64,000 nt of DNA from Candidatus Atabeyarchaeum deiterrae (GTDB lineage: Archaea > Asgardarchaeota > Atabeyarchaeia > Atabeyarchaeales > Atabeyarchaeaceae), in assembly GCA_037310415.1 (NCBI GenBank), contig CP147780.1:1760001-1824000 (forward strand), in the 5' to 3' direction. Under the pieces are notes generated by a model. It had not been told where the DNA came from and did no database searches. It worked only from the letters and a program-made list of their open reading frames with translations. Shown piece after piece: positions 49,014 to 58,561 of the stretch. Made by a program: the position numbers and the translations under genes. The stretch's first letter is position 1. Every line of letters starts with the position of its first letter.

Positions 49014-49634
49014 GTGAACCCATGGCCATCATTCATATGTATTAGAAATCGAGGATCCAGTTCGATCTCCGCAAAGCGGGAGGAGAGAGTTATGTCGGTC
49101 GTTTCCGGTAGCTTCCTTGATGATTTCTGTCTTGCTTGTCAGAGGATCGGTTCAGATTACTTCGACGTACCGATGAAAGGTGGGAAGCCGAAGTATCTTG
49201 AGAGAGTCTACTGCTATGAACTTTACCATCGGCTCCGCAGCTGCTCTCGACTTGCCTTGTCCCCGGTTACTCTGTTTGGAGAACCTGATAAATCCGCATA
49301 CCGCAGACTGAGCGAAAAGGTACGAGCGAAGAAACCAGATCTTATATTTCATGTCCCGGGCGAAGCCAGGAACTTGATTGTCATTGAGGTGAAACCAGCA
49401 AAAATGAGGCGAAATGGTCTTTGGAAAGACATCAATACCCTAAGTACTTTCTTGAGTGATGTTGACACGCAATACCTTTATGGTATCATGCTTGTTTACG
49501 GGGCACTCGAAACAGGGGGCTTACCTTGGTTCGTTAAGATTGATCTCCGCAATCTCGCAGGCGATTACGCGAATCGCATCCTTCTCCTGTGGCATGCACA
49601 TCCGGGAGAGAAGCCTTCGCTGGAGACATGGTAG
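49014..49634 (+). CDS. PD-(D/E)XK nuclease-fold protein (probable start 49092)
   Basis: ERVYCYELYHRLR helix, KPDLIFH...IVIEVK, KDI..L; GGAGG RBS before ATG 49092. Confidence 0.75.
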   Translation: MNPWPSFICIRNRGSSSISAKREERVMSVVSGSFLDDFCLACQRIGSDYFDVPMKGGKPKYLERVYCYELYHRLRSCSRLALSPVTLFGEPDKSAYRRLSEKVRAKKPDLIFHVPGEARNLIVIEVKPAKMRRNGLWKDINTLSTFLSDVDTQYLYGIMLVYGALETGGLPWFVKIDLRNLAGDYANRILLLWHAHPGEKPSLETW

Positions 49635-49877
49635 GCAATTCGCATAGGCACACTTATGTGCGTCATTTTCCATGTTCGCGCGTGCGACCCAGCGGTCCGG
49701 TTAAGAGGATAGCCTTTTGGCAATCCATCGTAGAAGACCATGATTAGTAGATGGGACAATTCGGGGACGAACCTTGATTGCCCGAGCAATCATGACTGCC
49801 AGCAATTCTTAGTAAACATATATAGGCTAATCGTCGTACCGATCCAATCATATCCAGTCTAAAGCACCTTCGACGTC

Positions 49878-50657
49878 TCAAAAAGTAATCGCATGGATCC
49901 TGAACAGTTCCGCTAGCGTCTCTCCTGGAATCAGAGAGCAATAGGTTTTCTTTCTTTCGTTTATCCTGACAAAATGGTGATGAGCGGCTTGTATGGAAGT
50001 CTGCACCGCTCTTGACAAGGCACGTCCATAGATCCAGACGAACCCGTCAATGTTGTATTCCAGCGCCTTTGATGTCTGAGACCTAATCTTGTCCTCGGAA
50101 ATATCGTCATTCAGAGTCTTGATCTGAAACCCAATTATCGCGCCGCTTATCTTCTTCGATACGTCAATCCCAGAATATTCCTTTATTCCGTGCAGCGATA
50201 ATTGGAATGATTTGGCAATCCTTTGGAGCAGGACATCAAAAGCGCTAAGCAGTTTATCATGGGGACTATAGATTCTTTCAAATCTTGAAACTATCTGCTC
50301 TCTTTCCTTGGCGAATTTGGACTTATCGTATCCTATTTCGATATATCCGGAGACAAAGTTGTTGGCAATTTCAAAACCGGATGGTTCATGATAGTTTACA
50401 TCGATCTTTGAAAGGCGTGGGTACAGAAGGTCATTAACGGTCTGTCTATCAACGGCGTTCACTCTGAAGAACGGTGTTTTCAGCGCTCTGACTGCGGCAA
50501 GGAATGACGTCTTAGCGACTTTTCCTTTGCCCACCTCTACTAATTGGCAATATGAATGGGCAATCATCTCCGCGAAGCAGTCTACATCTTGGAATCCAGC
50601 CTCATGAATGATGTCCATCACGATCGACAGCACACGCCTTTCGAATTCCACTCTCAA
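49878..50657 (-). CDS. Protein with C-terminal restriction-endonuclease-fold (D...QxK) domain
   Basis: GIDV...IIGFQIKT...I..Q..KA...IDGFVWI; N-terminal half not recognised. Confidence 0.6.
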   Translation of the reverse strand: MRVEFERRVLSIVMDIIHEAGFQDVDCFAEMIAHSYCQLVEVGKGKVAKTSFLAAVRALKTPFFRVNAVDRQTVNDLLYPRLSKIDVNYHEPSGFEIANNFVSGYIEIGYDKSKFAKEREQIVSRFERIYSPHDKLLSAFDVLLQRIAKSFQLSLHGIKEYSGIDVSKKISGAIIGFQIKTLNDDISEDKIRSQTSKALEYNIDGFVWIYGRALSRAVQTSIQAAHHHFVRINERKKTYCSLIPGETLAELFRIHAITF

Positions 50658-50718
50658 TCTGTTCGCACCCTAATTATCGTTCCTTCAATCGCTTCACAAC
50701 TGTAGCCGTCACTAAATC

Positions 50719-51111
50719 TTACTCGATCCCGAAGTCCTTTGAGAGTCTATGACTGATTCTAAGGAGTGCGTCGACCTTTGTCTTCCCGTAGATCGTCCCT
50801 TTCGCGTTAACTTCCTTGACTTCAATCAAACTCATTTCTTTGAGTTTCGGGATTTCCCGAGAGACATCGGGTCCAAGCAATTTCAAATCATTCGCGATAT
50901 CTCCAACAACTCTTGTGCCATCAATTGCAAGGTAGATTCTCGCCCTATTGACTGCCTTCTTCTTTCCTGGAACATTACCAAAGAAATCCATTATCTCAGC
51001 CAAGATCTCCTTGCCATGGGCGCGCGTTATTAGCTCAATGTTCCCATCGATGGATTCTTGGTGCCACCGTATTCTTTTGATCTCTTCGAATAGATCCTCG
51101 GTCTCTGGCAT
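50719..51111 (-). CDS. Small helix + winged-HTH protein (array member 5)
   Basis: IYLAIDG..VVGDIA..L....VSREI.KL..MSLI; AGGAGTGA RBS. Confidence 0.75.
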   Translation of the reverse strand: MPETEDLFEEIKRIRWHQESIDGNIELITRAHGKEILAEIMDFFGNVPGKKKAVNRARIYLAIDGTRVVGDIANDLKLLGPDVSREIPKLKEMSLIEVKEVNAKGTIYGKTKVDALLRISHRLSKDFGIE

Positions 51112-51125
51112 GTTCTGGTCACTCC

Positions 51126-51434
51126 TTAAATCGGGAATAGCTTCCTGTAGAACTTTCCTCCTGGTCTCTCGATCTCATATATGATGCCAACCTCCTCCCA
51201 TTCGGCAAGTATGGGGCTTAGGGTCGGTTCTTTCACGCCCACGATCTCAGCGATCTGTGAGAGAGAATGATTGCCATCACATGCATTGTAGCCGTTGATA
51301 TACCTCTCTGGATCTTGCTTTTTTCTCGCGGTTACTATGTTGCGCACGGATTCAGGTTTGAAAACTAGTCGCCCTAGCAGAGAGATTATGATCTCACTTT
51401 GCTTTACTAACTTCATTACGGGTACTTCACTCAA
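51126..51434 (-). CDS. Small helix + winged-HTH protein (array member 4)
   Basis: GYNACDGNHSLSQIAEIVGV...TLS.IL.EW..VGII; GGAGG RBS. Confidence 0.78.
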   Translation of the reverse strand: MSEVPVMKLVKQSEIIISLLGRLVFKPESVRNIVTARKKQDPERYINGYNACDGNHSLSQIAEIVGVKEPTLSPILAEWEEVGIIYEIERPGGKFYRKLFPI

Positions 51435-51664
51435 TTTCCTGCCTCCAATGCCTCGCTATTTCATGTCGATTCGTCATTTCTTGAAGTTGCCGGTAAAGGA
51501 TACGAATTTTTGGAGAGGCACCGTGGATTCTCCGTTGCCTCCCGGTTTGTCAGCCAGAACTGTTGACAACTCGCCAAGCACTCAGTCACCCTCAATCATA
51601 AGCAAAGAGGAGAACTGTGTGACGACAAAAGCCCGATTCATGCTGACTCGTCCTGAGAAGACCT

Positions 51665-51964
51665 CTAGACGTCTAGGTTATCCAAGTTGACGTACTTCTT
51701 GCTTCGCGCCTTCCCCGAACTCAAGATAAGACCTCTCCTTTCCCAGAGAGGCAATACCGATTCAAGTTGTCGATTATCTGTGTAACCAGCAAATTGTGCT
51801 ATCTCATCTATTAAACGTTTACCATCTAGAGCTTCGTAAGCTTTTCGTTGCTGGTCAGTTTTCAGCAACTCGGCCTTGAGACCATCAACCATCGCTCTTG
51901 TTTGCATGAGGATGAGCTTGACTATGATCGATGCCTGCCTTGCAGGCTCATCGTGTTCGCTCAC
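51665..51964 (-). CDS. Small helix + winged-HTH protein (array member 3)
   Basis: AYEALDGKR.IDEIA..AG......L..W..RGLI; AGGAGGTGG RBS. Confidence 0.78.
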   Translation of the reverse strand: MSEHDEPARQASIIVKLILMQTRAMVDGLKAELLKTDQQRKAYEALDGKRLIDEIAQFAGYTDNRQLESVLPLWERRGLILSSGKARSKKYVNLDNLDV

Positions 51965-52104
51965 GGTAAACCCACCACCTCCTTTTCATGAGAAATGTCT
52001 TGGACACTGCCAGATTTCTCAACAGCGCCAGTCCGGGTCCAGTCGTCTCGCCGCTCTCGGTCCCGTATGGTGAGGATATATACACGCGATCCTCTGCTTC
52101 CTTC

Positions 52105-52356
52105 TTAGCCCGTTTCCGGGCTCCCTTTTCCACTCCTTTGCTTTCTAATCATGGACAGCGTAACGTTAACGGTATTCGTTGTAGTCCCGATTGTTGTCGC
52201 TATCTGGCTAGGTCCGAGACCTGCATCAAATAGCACCTCGATCTGTTTTTTCTGGCTTTTCATATCCTTGATTATGTTGAGAGCGGATAGCCGTATCAGA
52301 GTATCTAACCTCAATGCTATTTCAGAAAGTTGAGGATCACCCTTTATGGAACTCAC
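52105..52356 (-). CDS. Small helix + HTH protein (array member 2)
   Basis: RLDTLIRL helix; AGLGPSQIATTIGTTTNTVNVTLS HTH; GGAGGTGA RBS. Confidence 0.78.
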   Translation of the reverse strand: MSSIKGDPQLSEIALRLDTLIRLSALNIIKDMKSQKKQIEVLFDAGLGPSQIATTIGTTTNTVNVTLSMIRKQRSGKGSPETG

Positions 52357-52431
52357 GTTTCTTTTTCACCTCCAACCGGGGCTTCTCTTGTCTTAGTTTG
52401 TTCTTCGAGTAGTTACGCCTCTTTTGATGTC

Positions 52432-52767
52432 CTATTTCAAGGGAGAAATCTCGATTCCGAAATCCTCGAGTGAGAAGACTCGCTTAGCTCGTTCTCCTCC
52501 TTTCACGCTTGAGAGTTCTGCAAGGCCTGCTCTTGACCACTTCTTCCACCACTTAGTCACGGTCACATAGCTCGCCCCGCAGTTATTGGCGACCTCTTGG
52601 CTGCTACGTCCATCGCTGAAATGGTAGGCAAGTTTTTCTTCATCACTTTCAAGCATGTCCTCGAGGAGTTTCTTAACTGTCGGGATGCTTGTGACCTTCA
52701 ACCACTTCAGTATCTCTTCAAGGATGCGTATTTTCTTCTCATTGAGGTCCTTTTCGTCGTTGGACAT
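52432..52767 (-). CDS. Small helix + winged-HTH protein (array member 1)
   Basis: LEEILKWL helix; AYHFSDGRSSQEVA..CG.S..TV..WW..W..AGL. Confidence 0.78.
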   Translation of the reverse strand: MSNDEKDLNEKKIRILEEILKWLKVTSIPTVKKLLEDMLESDEEKLAYHFSDGRSSQEVANNCGASYVTVTKWWKKWSRAGLAELSSVKGGERAKRVFSLEDFGIEISPLK

Positions 52768-54136
52768 TCTTGTCGTAATCCCCCATGCATGAACCCCTGA
52801 TCAGATTATTCTGCCAGATCGAATATAACAATTTCTTTTGTTCTGTATCTGATGGCAGAGAGGATTGCGAATTCCCTCACGGGGAACCACAGGTTCCATA
52901 AAGTCCTCGGTGAAGCGTTCTAGCGGTCTGTCTGCCACGGTGTCGCCCTCATCTGCAATCCTGTAAACTGTGGCTTGAAACCCTCTAAACCCCCCGTGGA
53001 AGTTTCGTGATGGAAGTGACTCCGCCTGGGATATTGACCGAGAAAAGTGAATTATCTCTCTCAAATTGGGTTTTGGTTGCTCTCTTGGCCTTGCTAATCT
53101 TAGTATCATGAAAGGAGGACACAACTGCCAACCCTCCATGTGCCCCATCAACGAACACAATCAGTAGAAAAGAATTGGATGATTCTTTCCTTCCCGTAAC
53201 CTGGAACCAACCTGGTGAATGTTTTAGGGGATGCGAAAACTGGCGCTAGTCAGTGTAACCTTGGAGCCAGCAATTCATAATCTAAATGATCCGGACCGTT
53301 GGGGCGCGTTGACAGTCGATTCCTGTCTAGACCACCAGCAGATACACACAGGTCGAGTCATGTACGGTCCTGCAGCTAGAAAAGCAACCTAGAAAAGTGG
53401 ACTTGTGAATACGCAGCGATGCTCTTTCGGACTCCCAGCTGGTGAGAAGGTATGACTTTCAAACCAATATCAAGTCGATACCTCTTAGCGGCCTTGAACT
53501 CTGAGATATAATGAATCAACGTGATTGACTGCTACTTGTTCATTGCACTCCATCGACAAACCTAGAACGAGCCTCCACCCACCCCGACGGTTCTTTCCAG
53601 CGGACTACCCATCTCTATTTTTGGATGGACTATCGTATCGACGTGCGTATCTTTCCATTATTCGAATCGGTAGCAACAGGTAGTACTATAGCGTCTGGCC
53701 TGGTTCACATAAGCCGGGTTGTGTGCAAACGCTTGTCTGAAAAGGCGGTCAAGACATTAGTGTGCATTTAGTCAGTCTTTGTGATTCCCTGGCTCAGCGA
53801 AGATTTGTCAAATGCGCGTCGTCGAAAGGTATCCTCGTGGCCAGTAGACCTCAGTACGTGAAAGAACTTGTTTGTTTCTATTCTTCTCAGCTTGACCCCT
53901 TTTCTGATTGGTCGTCACCTCACTGTCTTCGGATTGGATGAGCCCAATCGGTTCCGGGATATCAGGCTCCGAGAAAAGGCGGGGAGCGAGTCAACAAGAA
54001 TGTATCAGGAGCTTAAAGACGTCCCAACGAACTAGAGTTGAAAGTGAGCTTTCAGGAGGAGTGCGGGATGAAATTGGCTGTCGAGGAGGATTTCTCTTGA
54101 AAGCGAATGCTTCAGAATGCCGGGGCTTAACTGAAG

Positions 54137-54751
54137 CTAGTGGAATATCTTGAGCAACGCGTAGCCTTGGAATGCTGACCATAAGACCAAACCATACACG
54201 GCCAGTTTCTGCATCCATGCTGTGCCTATAAGAAAGATATGCAGCAGACATATGGCGGCCACTATTATGCCAACGAGCGCGAACCATTGGTTATAATTCT
54301 TGTTAAGAAGAATGGCAACCGAATATATCACGATGGCTGAGGCGTAGAGCAGGAAGAACAGTATCGTTGACATGCCGTGTTCTAAGGGGAATATGTCACC
54401 AGCTAAGATGGCAAGCGCAGATAGGAACGGTGCCGCCGCGAGACCAAGAACAGTGCCCACGTAACCCAGATATTTCACCGAATTCGGTTTCGTGAAGACG
54501 GTGTGAATAGACAGCCAGAATGGAACGGAACAGACCGCAGCAGACGTGCAGGCTGCAGAGAACAAAACATAGTTCACCGTATTAGGCTGACCGGCCACCT
54601 GTGTTAATCCTAGTTCACTGAAGTAGTTCGCAAGAAATGAGTAACCGCCAGGGTAAATCAGCATGCTCGTAAATGTGAGGATGACGAAAAGGACGCCGCC
54701 AAGTATCCCGCTAACTGCACCATACCATTTCCATGACCCAGTCACTCGCAA
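54137..54751 (-). CDS. DUF998-like membrane protein
   Basis: YPGGYSF..NYFSELG motif; about 6 TM; conserved His and QK. Confidence 0.7.
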   Translation of the reverse strand: MRVTGSWKWYGAVSGILGGVLFVILTFTSMLIYPGGYSFLANYFSELGLTQVAGQPNTVNYVLFSAACTSAAVCSVPFWLSIHTVFTKPNSVKYLGYVGTVLGLAAAPFLSALAILAGDIFPLEHGMSTILFFLLYASAIVIYSVAILLNKNYNQWFALVGIIVAAICLLHIFLIGTAWMQKLAVYGLVLWSAFQGYALLKIFH

Positions 54752-54909
54752 TCACCTTCTGCGTCTTATTGCCTTGTCTTTTATTGTCTGATTCTTCACC
54801 CTAATATACTCAGCTCACTCCTAGTTGATGAGAAACTTGGTTCAACGTCGGGTTGAGATCGGAACCAGCAGGATCTGGAATCCAGTGGGGGGCTCCAGAT
54901 ACGATTCCG

Positions 54910-55263
54910 TCAGCTACCCGTTGTGATCGGCTTGTATGATTCGACGAAGCTTTTGGCAAATTCCATTGCGTTCCCCTCAGTGCCTCTGTGAACCTTGTCT
55001 ACCCTTGTCCTTAGATGATGGTAGAACTCATGCAGGACTACAAACGGGTTCATCAACACGTCGCTGTTCAGAACAGATATCGTTCTGTCTCTGGCCGTAT
55101 AGCACCCCAGCACATTCTTCCGGTGCCCCTTGGGCAGACCAACTTTTATTCTGGGCACGCTGACATGGTAGTAGTCTGCGAGCAGCTCTAAGGCGTTCTC
55201 AGGTCTGCCGTCCAATATAAGCTGGACGACAGAGGTCTTGAACTTGATTGGGTCCACAGGCAT
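54910..55263 (-). CDS. Small zincin-like (HExxH) protein
   Basis: GCY...TI.V...VLHEFYHHL...TE..A..FA. Confidence 0.65.
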   Translation of the reverse strand: MPVDPIKFKTSVVQLILDGRPENALELLADYYHVSVPRIKVGLPKGHRKNVLGCYTARDRTISVLNSDVLMNPFVVLHEFYHHLRTRVDKVHRGTEGNAMEFAKSFVESYKPITTGS

Positions 55264-55466
55264 TCCTTTTGCCTTCGACGAATTGGATCAGCTTCTTGGG
55301 TTGCTACCACATTCTAAATGACTCTGGTCTCTAGCTCACTCAGCTGCACATATATATTTATTAACTTCCCAATCTAACGTCTCTAAGAATGCATTTGAAG
55401 GTTGAGACTAGGGGCAACACGCAGCTTTGGCAAAACGGAAGAGGATACTAGTGGTGAGATGAGCAA

Positions 55467-56654
55467 ATGACAAAAATACAATTGGCTGATAACCTCTACT
55501 GGGTTGGCGTGGTAGACTGGAACCTGAGGGACTTCCACGGATACACGACCAATCGTGGAGGAACCTATAATTCTTACCTCATAGTTGATGAAAAGACGGC
55601 GCTGGTTGATACAGTCAAGTACGTTTTCCGTGAAGAACTCGTGGAGAAAATCAGTGAAATTGCAGATCCAGAGAAACTTGACTATGTTGTCATAAACCAT
55701 GTTGAACAGGACCATTCAAGTTCATATTTGGAGATCTTGAAGCTGGCTAAGAACGCTACGATTATTGCCACTCAGCGAGGAAAGGAGGCACTCATCAAGC
55801 ATTATGGTGAGGTCCCCAACGAGATCAAGACAGTCAAGACTGGGGATGAGGTGAAGCTTGGCAAACGAACTTTGAGATTCATTGAGGCTCCAATGATTCA
55901 TTGGCCCGACAGCATGATGACTTACGTAGTTGAGGATGGAATTCTACTATCGAATGATGCGTTCGGTCAGCATTACGCGACTTCCGGTCGTTTCGATGAT
56001 GAGGTTGACGAACATGTCCTGATGGAGGAGCTGGCGAAGTACTTTGCAAACATCTTGATGCCGATTACGACTTTGATTGTTCGGAAGATTGATGAGGTTA
56101 CGCAGATGGGCGTCCCGCTGAACATGATTGCCCCCAGCCATGGAGTGATTTGGCGTTCGAACCCACAGAAAGTTGTCAGAGCATATCTGGATTGGTGTAA
56201 GGGATTCCTCAATAAACCAAAAGTCGTAGTGGTCTATGATACAATGTGGGGAAGCACGGACAAGATGGCGAGAGCCATAGTCGAGGGAGTCAGAAGCACA
56301 GGCGCAGAAGCCAAGCTCATGAAGCTTAGGATAGCAGAGATGAGTGATATTGTCACAGAGATCTTGGATTCGAAGGCCGTGATTGTCGGTTCCCCAACTC
56401 TGCACAATGAGATTTTTCCAACCGTGAGCGGGTTCATGACATACATTTCGGGATTGAAACCCAAGAGCAAGATATGGGGTTTCTTTGGTTCCTTCGGTTG
56501 GGGTGGAGGAGCAGTCAAAAAGATGATAGCGATGGCGAACGAAGCGAAATTCGAAGTGCATGAAGCCAGCTTGGAAATCAAGTACATCCCGACGAAGGAA
56601 GAACTGGAAAGATGCATAGCTTTCGGAAAAGAAATTGCCGAGAAGATAATCTAA
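55467..56654 (+). CDS. fprA: Flavodiiron protein (FprA family)
   Basis: GTYNSY, NHVEQDH, IHWPD, SNDAFGQH, PSHG, FGWGGG. Confidence 0.94.
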   Translation: MTKIQLADNLYWVGVVDWNLRDFHGYTTNRGGTYNSYLIVDEKTALVDTVKYVFREELVEKISEIADPEKLDYVVINHVEQDHSSSYLEILKLAKNATIIATQRGKEALIKHYGEVPNEIKTVKTGDEVKLGKRTLRFIEAPMIHWPDSMMTYVVEDGILLSNDAFGQHYATSGRFDDEVDEHVLMEELAKYFANILMPITTLIVRKIDEVTQMGVPLNMIAPSHGVIWRSNPQKVVRAYLDWCKGFLNKPKVVVVYDTMWGSTDKMARAIVEGVRSTGAEAKLMKLRIAEMSDIVTEILDSKAVIVGSPTLHNEIFPTVSGFMTYISGLKPKSKIWGFFGSFGWGGGAVKKMIAMANEAKFEVHEASLEIKYIPTKEELERCIAFGKEIAEKII

Positions 56655-56728
56655 ACTCGATGATTCAAGCCCAATTATCTTCTTTTCTTGGCGCGTAGTG
56701 TGGGCGAGCGTCTGTGAATGAGTTAGTT

Positions 56729-57226
56729 TCACTCCTTCAGGAGATAACTCATGTAGGATTTGTATGGTGGTTCGAAGTCAATCTGCCACATGAGGCAGAT
56801 AAGTTCGCCTCTGTGGTGTATCTCTTCTTCCACAACGTGTACTAGCAAATCCTCAATGCGGAATTTGTTCTTACCGCGTGGAAACTCTTTGTCCAGTTGT
56901 GCTGGAATTAGTTTCGCAAGGGCGGCTCGGCTTTCTGTCTCAACGTCATTCATGTATTTTTCCATTGTTTTTATGTTTTCGAAGCTTCTTTCATAGCCTT
57001 TGCTTGACTCTTTGTCTCTCTTTCCAGATGCCAACGCCTTCAACCAGCTTTCCTCTGCGTCTAAGCTATGAAGAAAGACATTCCGTATGGAACCGAAACT
57101 TGCACCCCGATCCTCAATGACTTTTTCCCAGGGAAGCTTCGCCATGCTCTCAAGAAACTTGCGCCTACAATACCAGTTGTACTCAAACAATGCTCTAATA
57201 TCTATCATAATATCAACCAGATACAT
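56729..57226 (-). CDS. DinB family protein
   Basis: YN.Y, GSIR..F.H...E..W, HV..EE.HHRG. Confidence 0.88.
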   Translation of the reverse strand: MYLVDIMIDIRALFEYNWYCRRKFLESMAKLPWEKVIEDRGASFGSIRNVFLHSLDAEESWLKALASGKRDKESSKGYERSFENIKTMEKYMNDVETESRAALAKLIPAQLDKEFPRGKNKFRIEDLLVHVVEEEIHHRGELICLMWQIDFEPPYKSYMSYLLKE

Positions 57227-57550
57227 GCATGTAGCAGTTGATTAGAAGCTTTAGTGTTTCGCTCCTAAATTAGTTTGCGGAGTCCAGCTCACTTCCGCCT
57301 CTGATTCATCTGCGAGAGTAATGAGGAGCTTGAGCATGGAGAAGCATGGCTATGAGGCAGAGACGGGCACGAAATTTGATTCTTCTCAATAAGTTCGCGA
57401 TGACATTGCACTCAATTTAAAAGTCCTCTCTGAAATAACTAATGTCAGAGAATTGCCCGTAAAGTCACGTTTAGGGGTGTTATTGTTGTTCTGTCTGATG
57501 AGAAAAGTGGAAAGAGAAATTCCTAATGATGCACTCGGAGGACTGCAAAA

Positions 57551-58537
57551 ATGAAAGCAAATCCGAAAACACTTCTTGTTACCGGTATGGGGTTTCTGCC
57601 TGACTGGATTAGCCAACACATTAAGAGTGCTGAAATCGTATGCACGTTTGACGTAACTGAGGAAAGTCTTGGCAAAAAAGTGAAGGGCTTCGATGGAGTA
57701 CTGTTCATGCAAACCGTTAGCCACTACAAGATCACCAGAAAGATAATCGAATCTGGAGACAAGCTTAGATTCATCCAATCCGGAGGCGTGGGGTATGAGC
57801 AGATCGATGTGGACGCGGCGACCGATCATGGAGTCGTCGTTATGAACGTGCCAACCGCAACAACGGTGTCAGTCGCGGAACACGCCATTGCTCTGATTCT
57901 GGCATGTGCAAAGAATATAGTCAAGATGCACAAGACTATTCTCGCAGGTGGATGGCGCACAATGGATTTTGGAGTGGAACTTTCGAAGAAAACGTTGGGC
58001 ATAATAGGGCTTGGCAGGATCGGAAAGGCAGTGGCGGAGAGAATGAGGTCATTTGAAATGGCGATTCTCGTTTTCGACCCGTATGCGGAGGAAGCTGATG
58101 TCAGAAAGATGGGATGTAAGAAGGTTGATCTAGCGACCCTGCTTAAGGAGTCCGATGTCATTACGATCCATTCCCCTCTCACGAAAGAGACAACGGGATT
58201 GATCGGAGAACCCGAATTCAACGTAATGAAAAGCTCAGCCATTCTTGTGAATACTGCGAGAGGAGGAGTCATAGACGAGAAGGCGCTAATCAAAGCACTG
58301 ACTGATGGACGCGTAGGTTACGCTGGGCTTGATGTCTTTGGGATGGAGCCCGTAGAGAAAGATAATCCTTTGCTCTTGCTGGAGAATGTCATTCTGACAC
58401 CACATAGTGCTGTACAGAATCAAGACGCTATGGCGAGATTAATGAACCAAAACGGCATCCAAGTGGAAAAGGCGCTTAATGGGAACTACGAGAATGTCGT
58501 TAACCCCGATGTTTTAAAGAAGTTAGCTAAACGTTAA
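57551..58537 (+). CDS. D-isomer 2-hydroxyacid dehydrogenase (SerA-like)
   Basis: GVG...ID, VAEH, GLGRIG, VNTARG, LDVF..EP, TPH. Confidence 0.92.
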   Translation: MKANPKTLLVTGMGFLPDWISQHIKSAEIVCTFDVTEESLGKKVKGFDGVLFMQTVSHYKITRKIIESGDKLRFIQSGGVGYEQIDVDAATDHGVVVMNVPTATTVSVAEHAIALILACAKNIVKMHKTILAGGWRTMDFGVELSKKTLGIIGLGRIGKAVAERMRSFEMAILVFDPYAEEADVRKMGCKKVDLATLLKESDVITIHSPLTKETTGLIGEPEFNVMKSSAILVNTARGGVIDEKALIKALTDGRVGYAGLDVFGMEPVEKDNPLLLLENVILTPHSAVQNQDAMARLMNQNGIQVEKALNGNYENVVNPDVLKKLAKR

Positions 58538-58561
58538 GCGAGAAGTTGGAGAACTGTCTGA

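Noticed and set aside
52801-53160. 119-aa ORF upstream of the HTH array as a sixth member
   Set aside because: No HTH, Y-x3-DG motif or RBS.
44625-54130. Provirus or integrative element
   Set aside because: No integrase, capsid, replication gene, tRNA target or flanking direct repeat could be seen.
55947-56732. Long antisense ORFs (also 38941..39657 and 19951..20613)
   Set aside because: They lie almost entirely opposite well-supported genes and have no motifs of their own.
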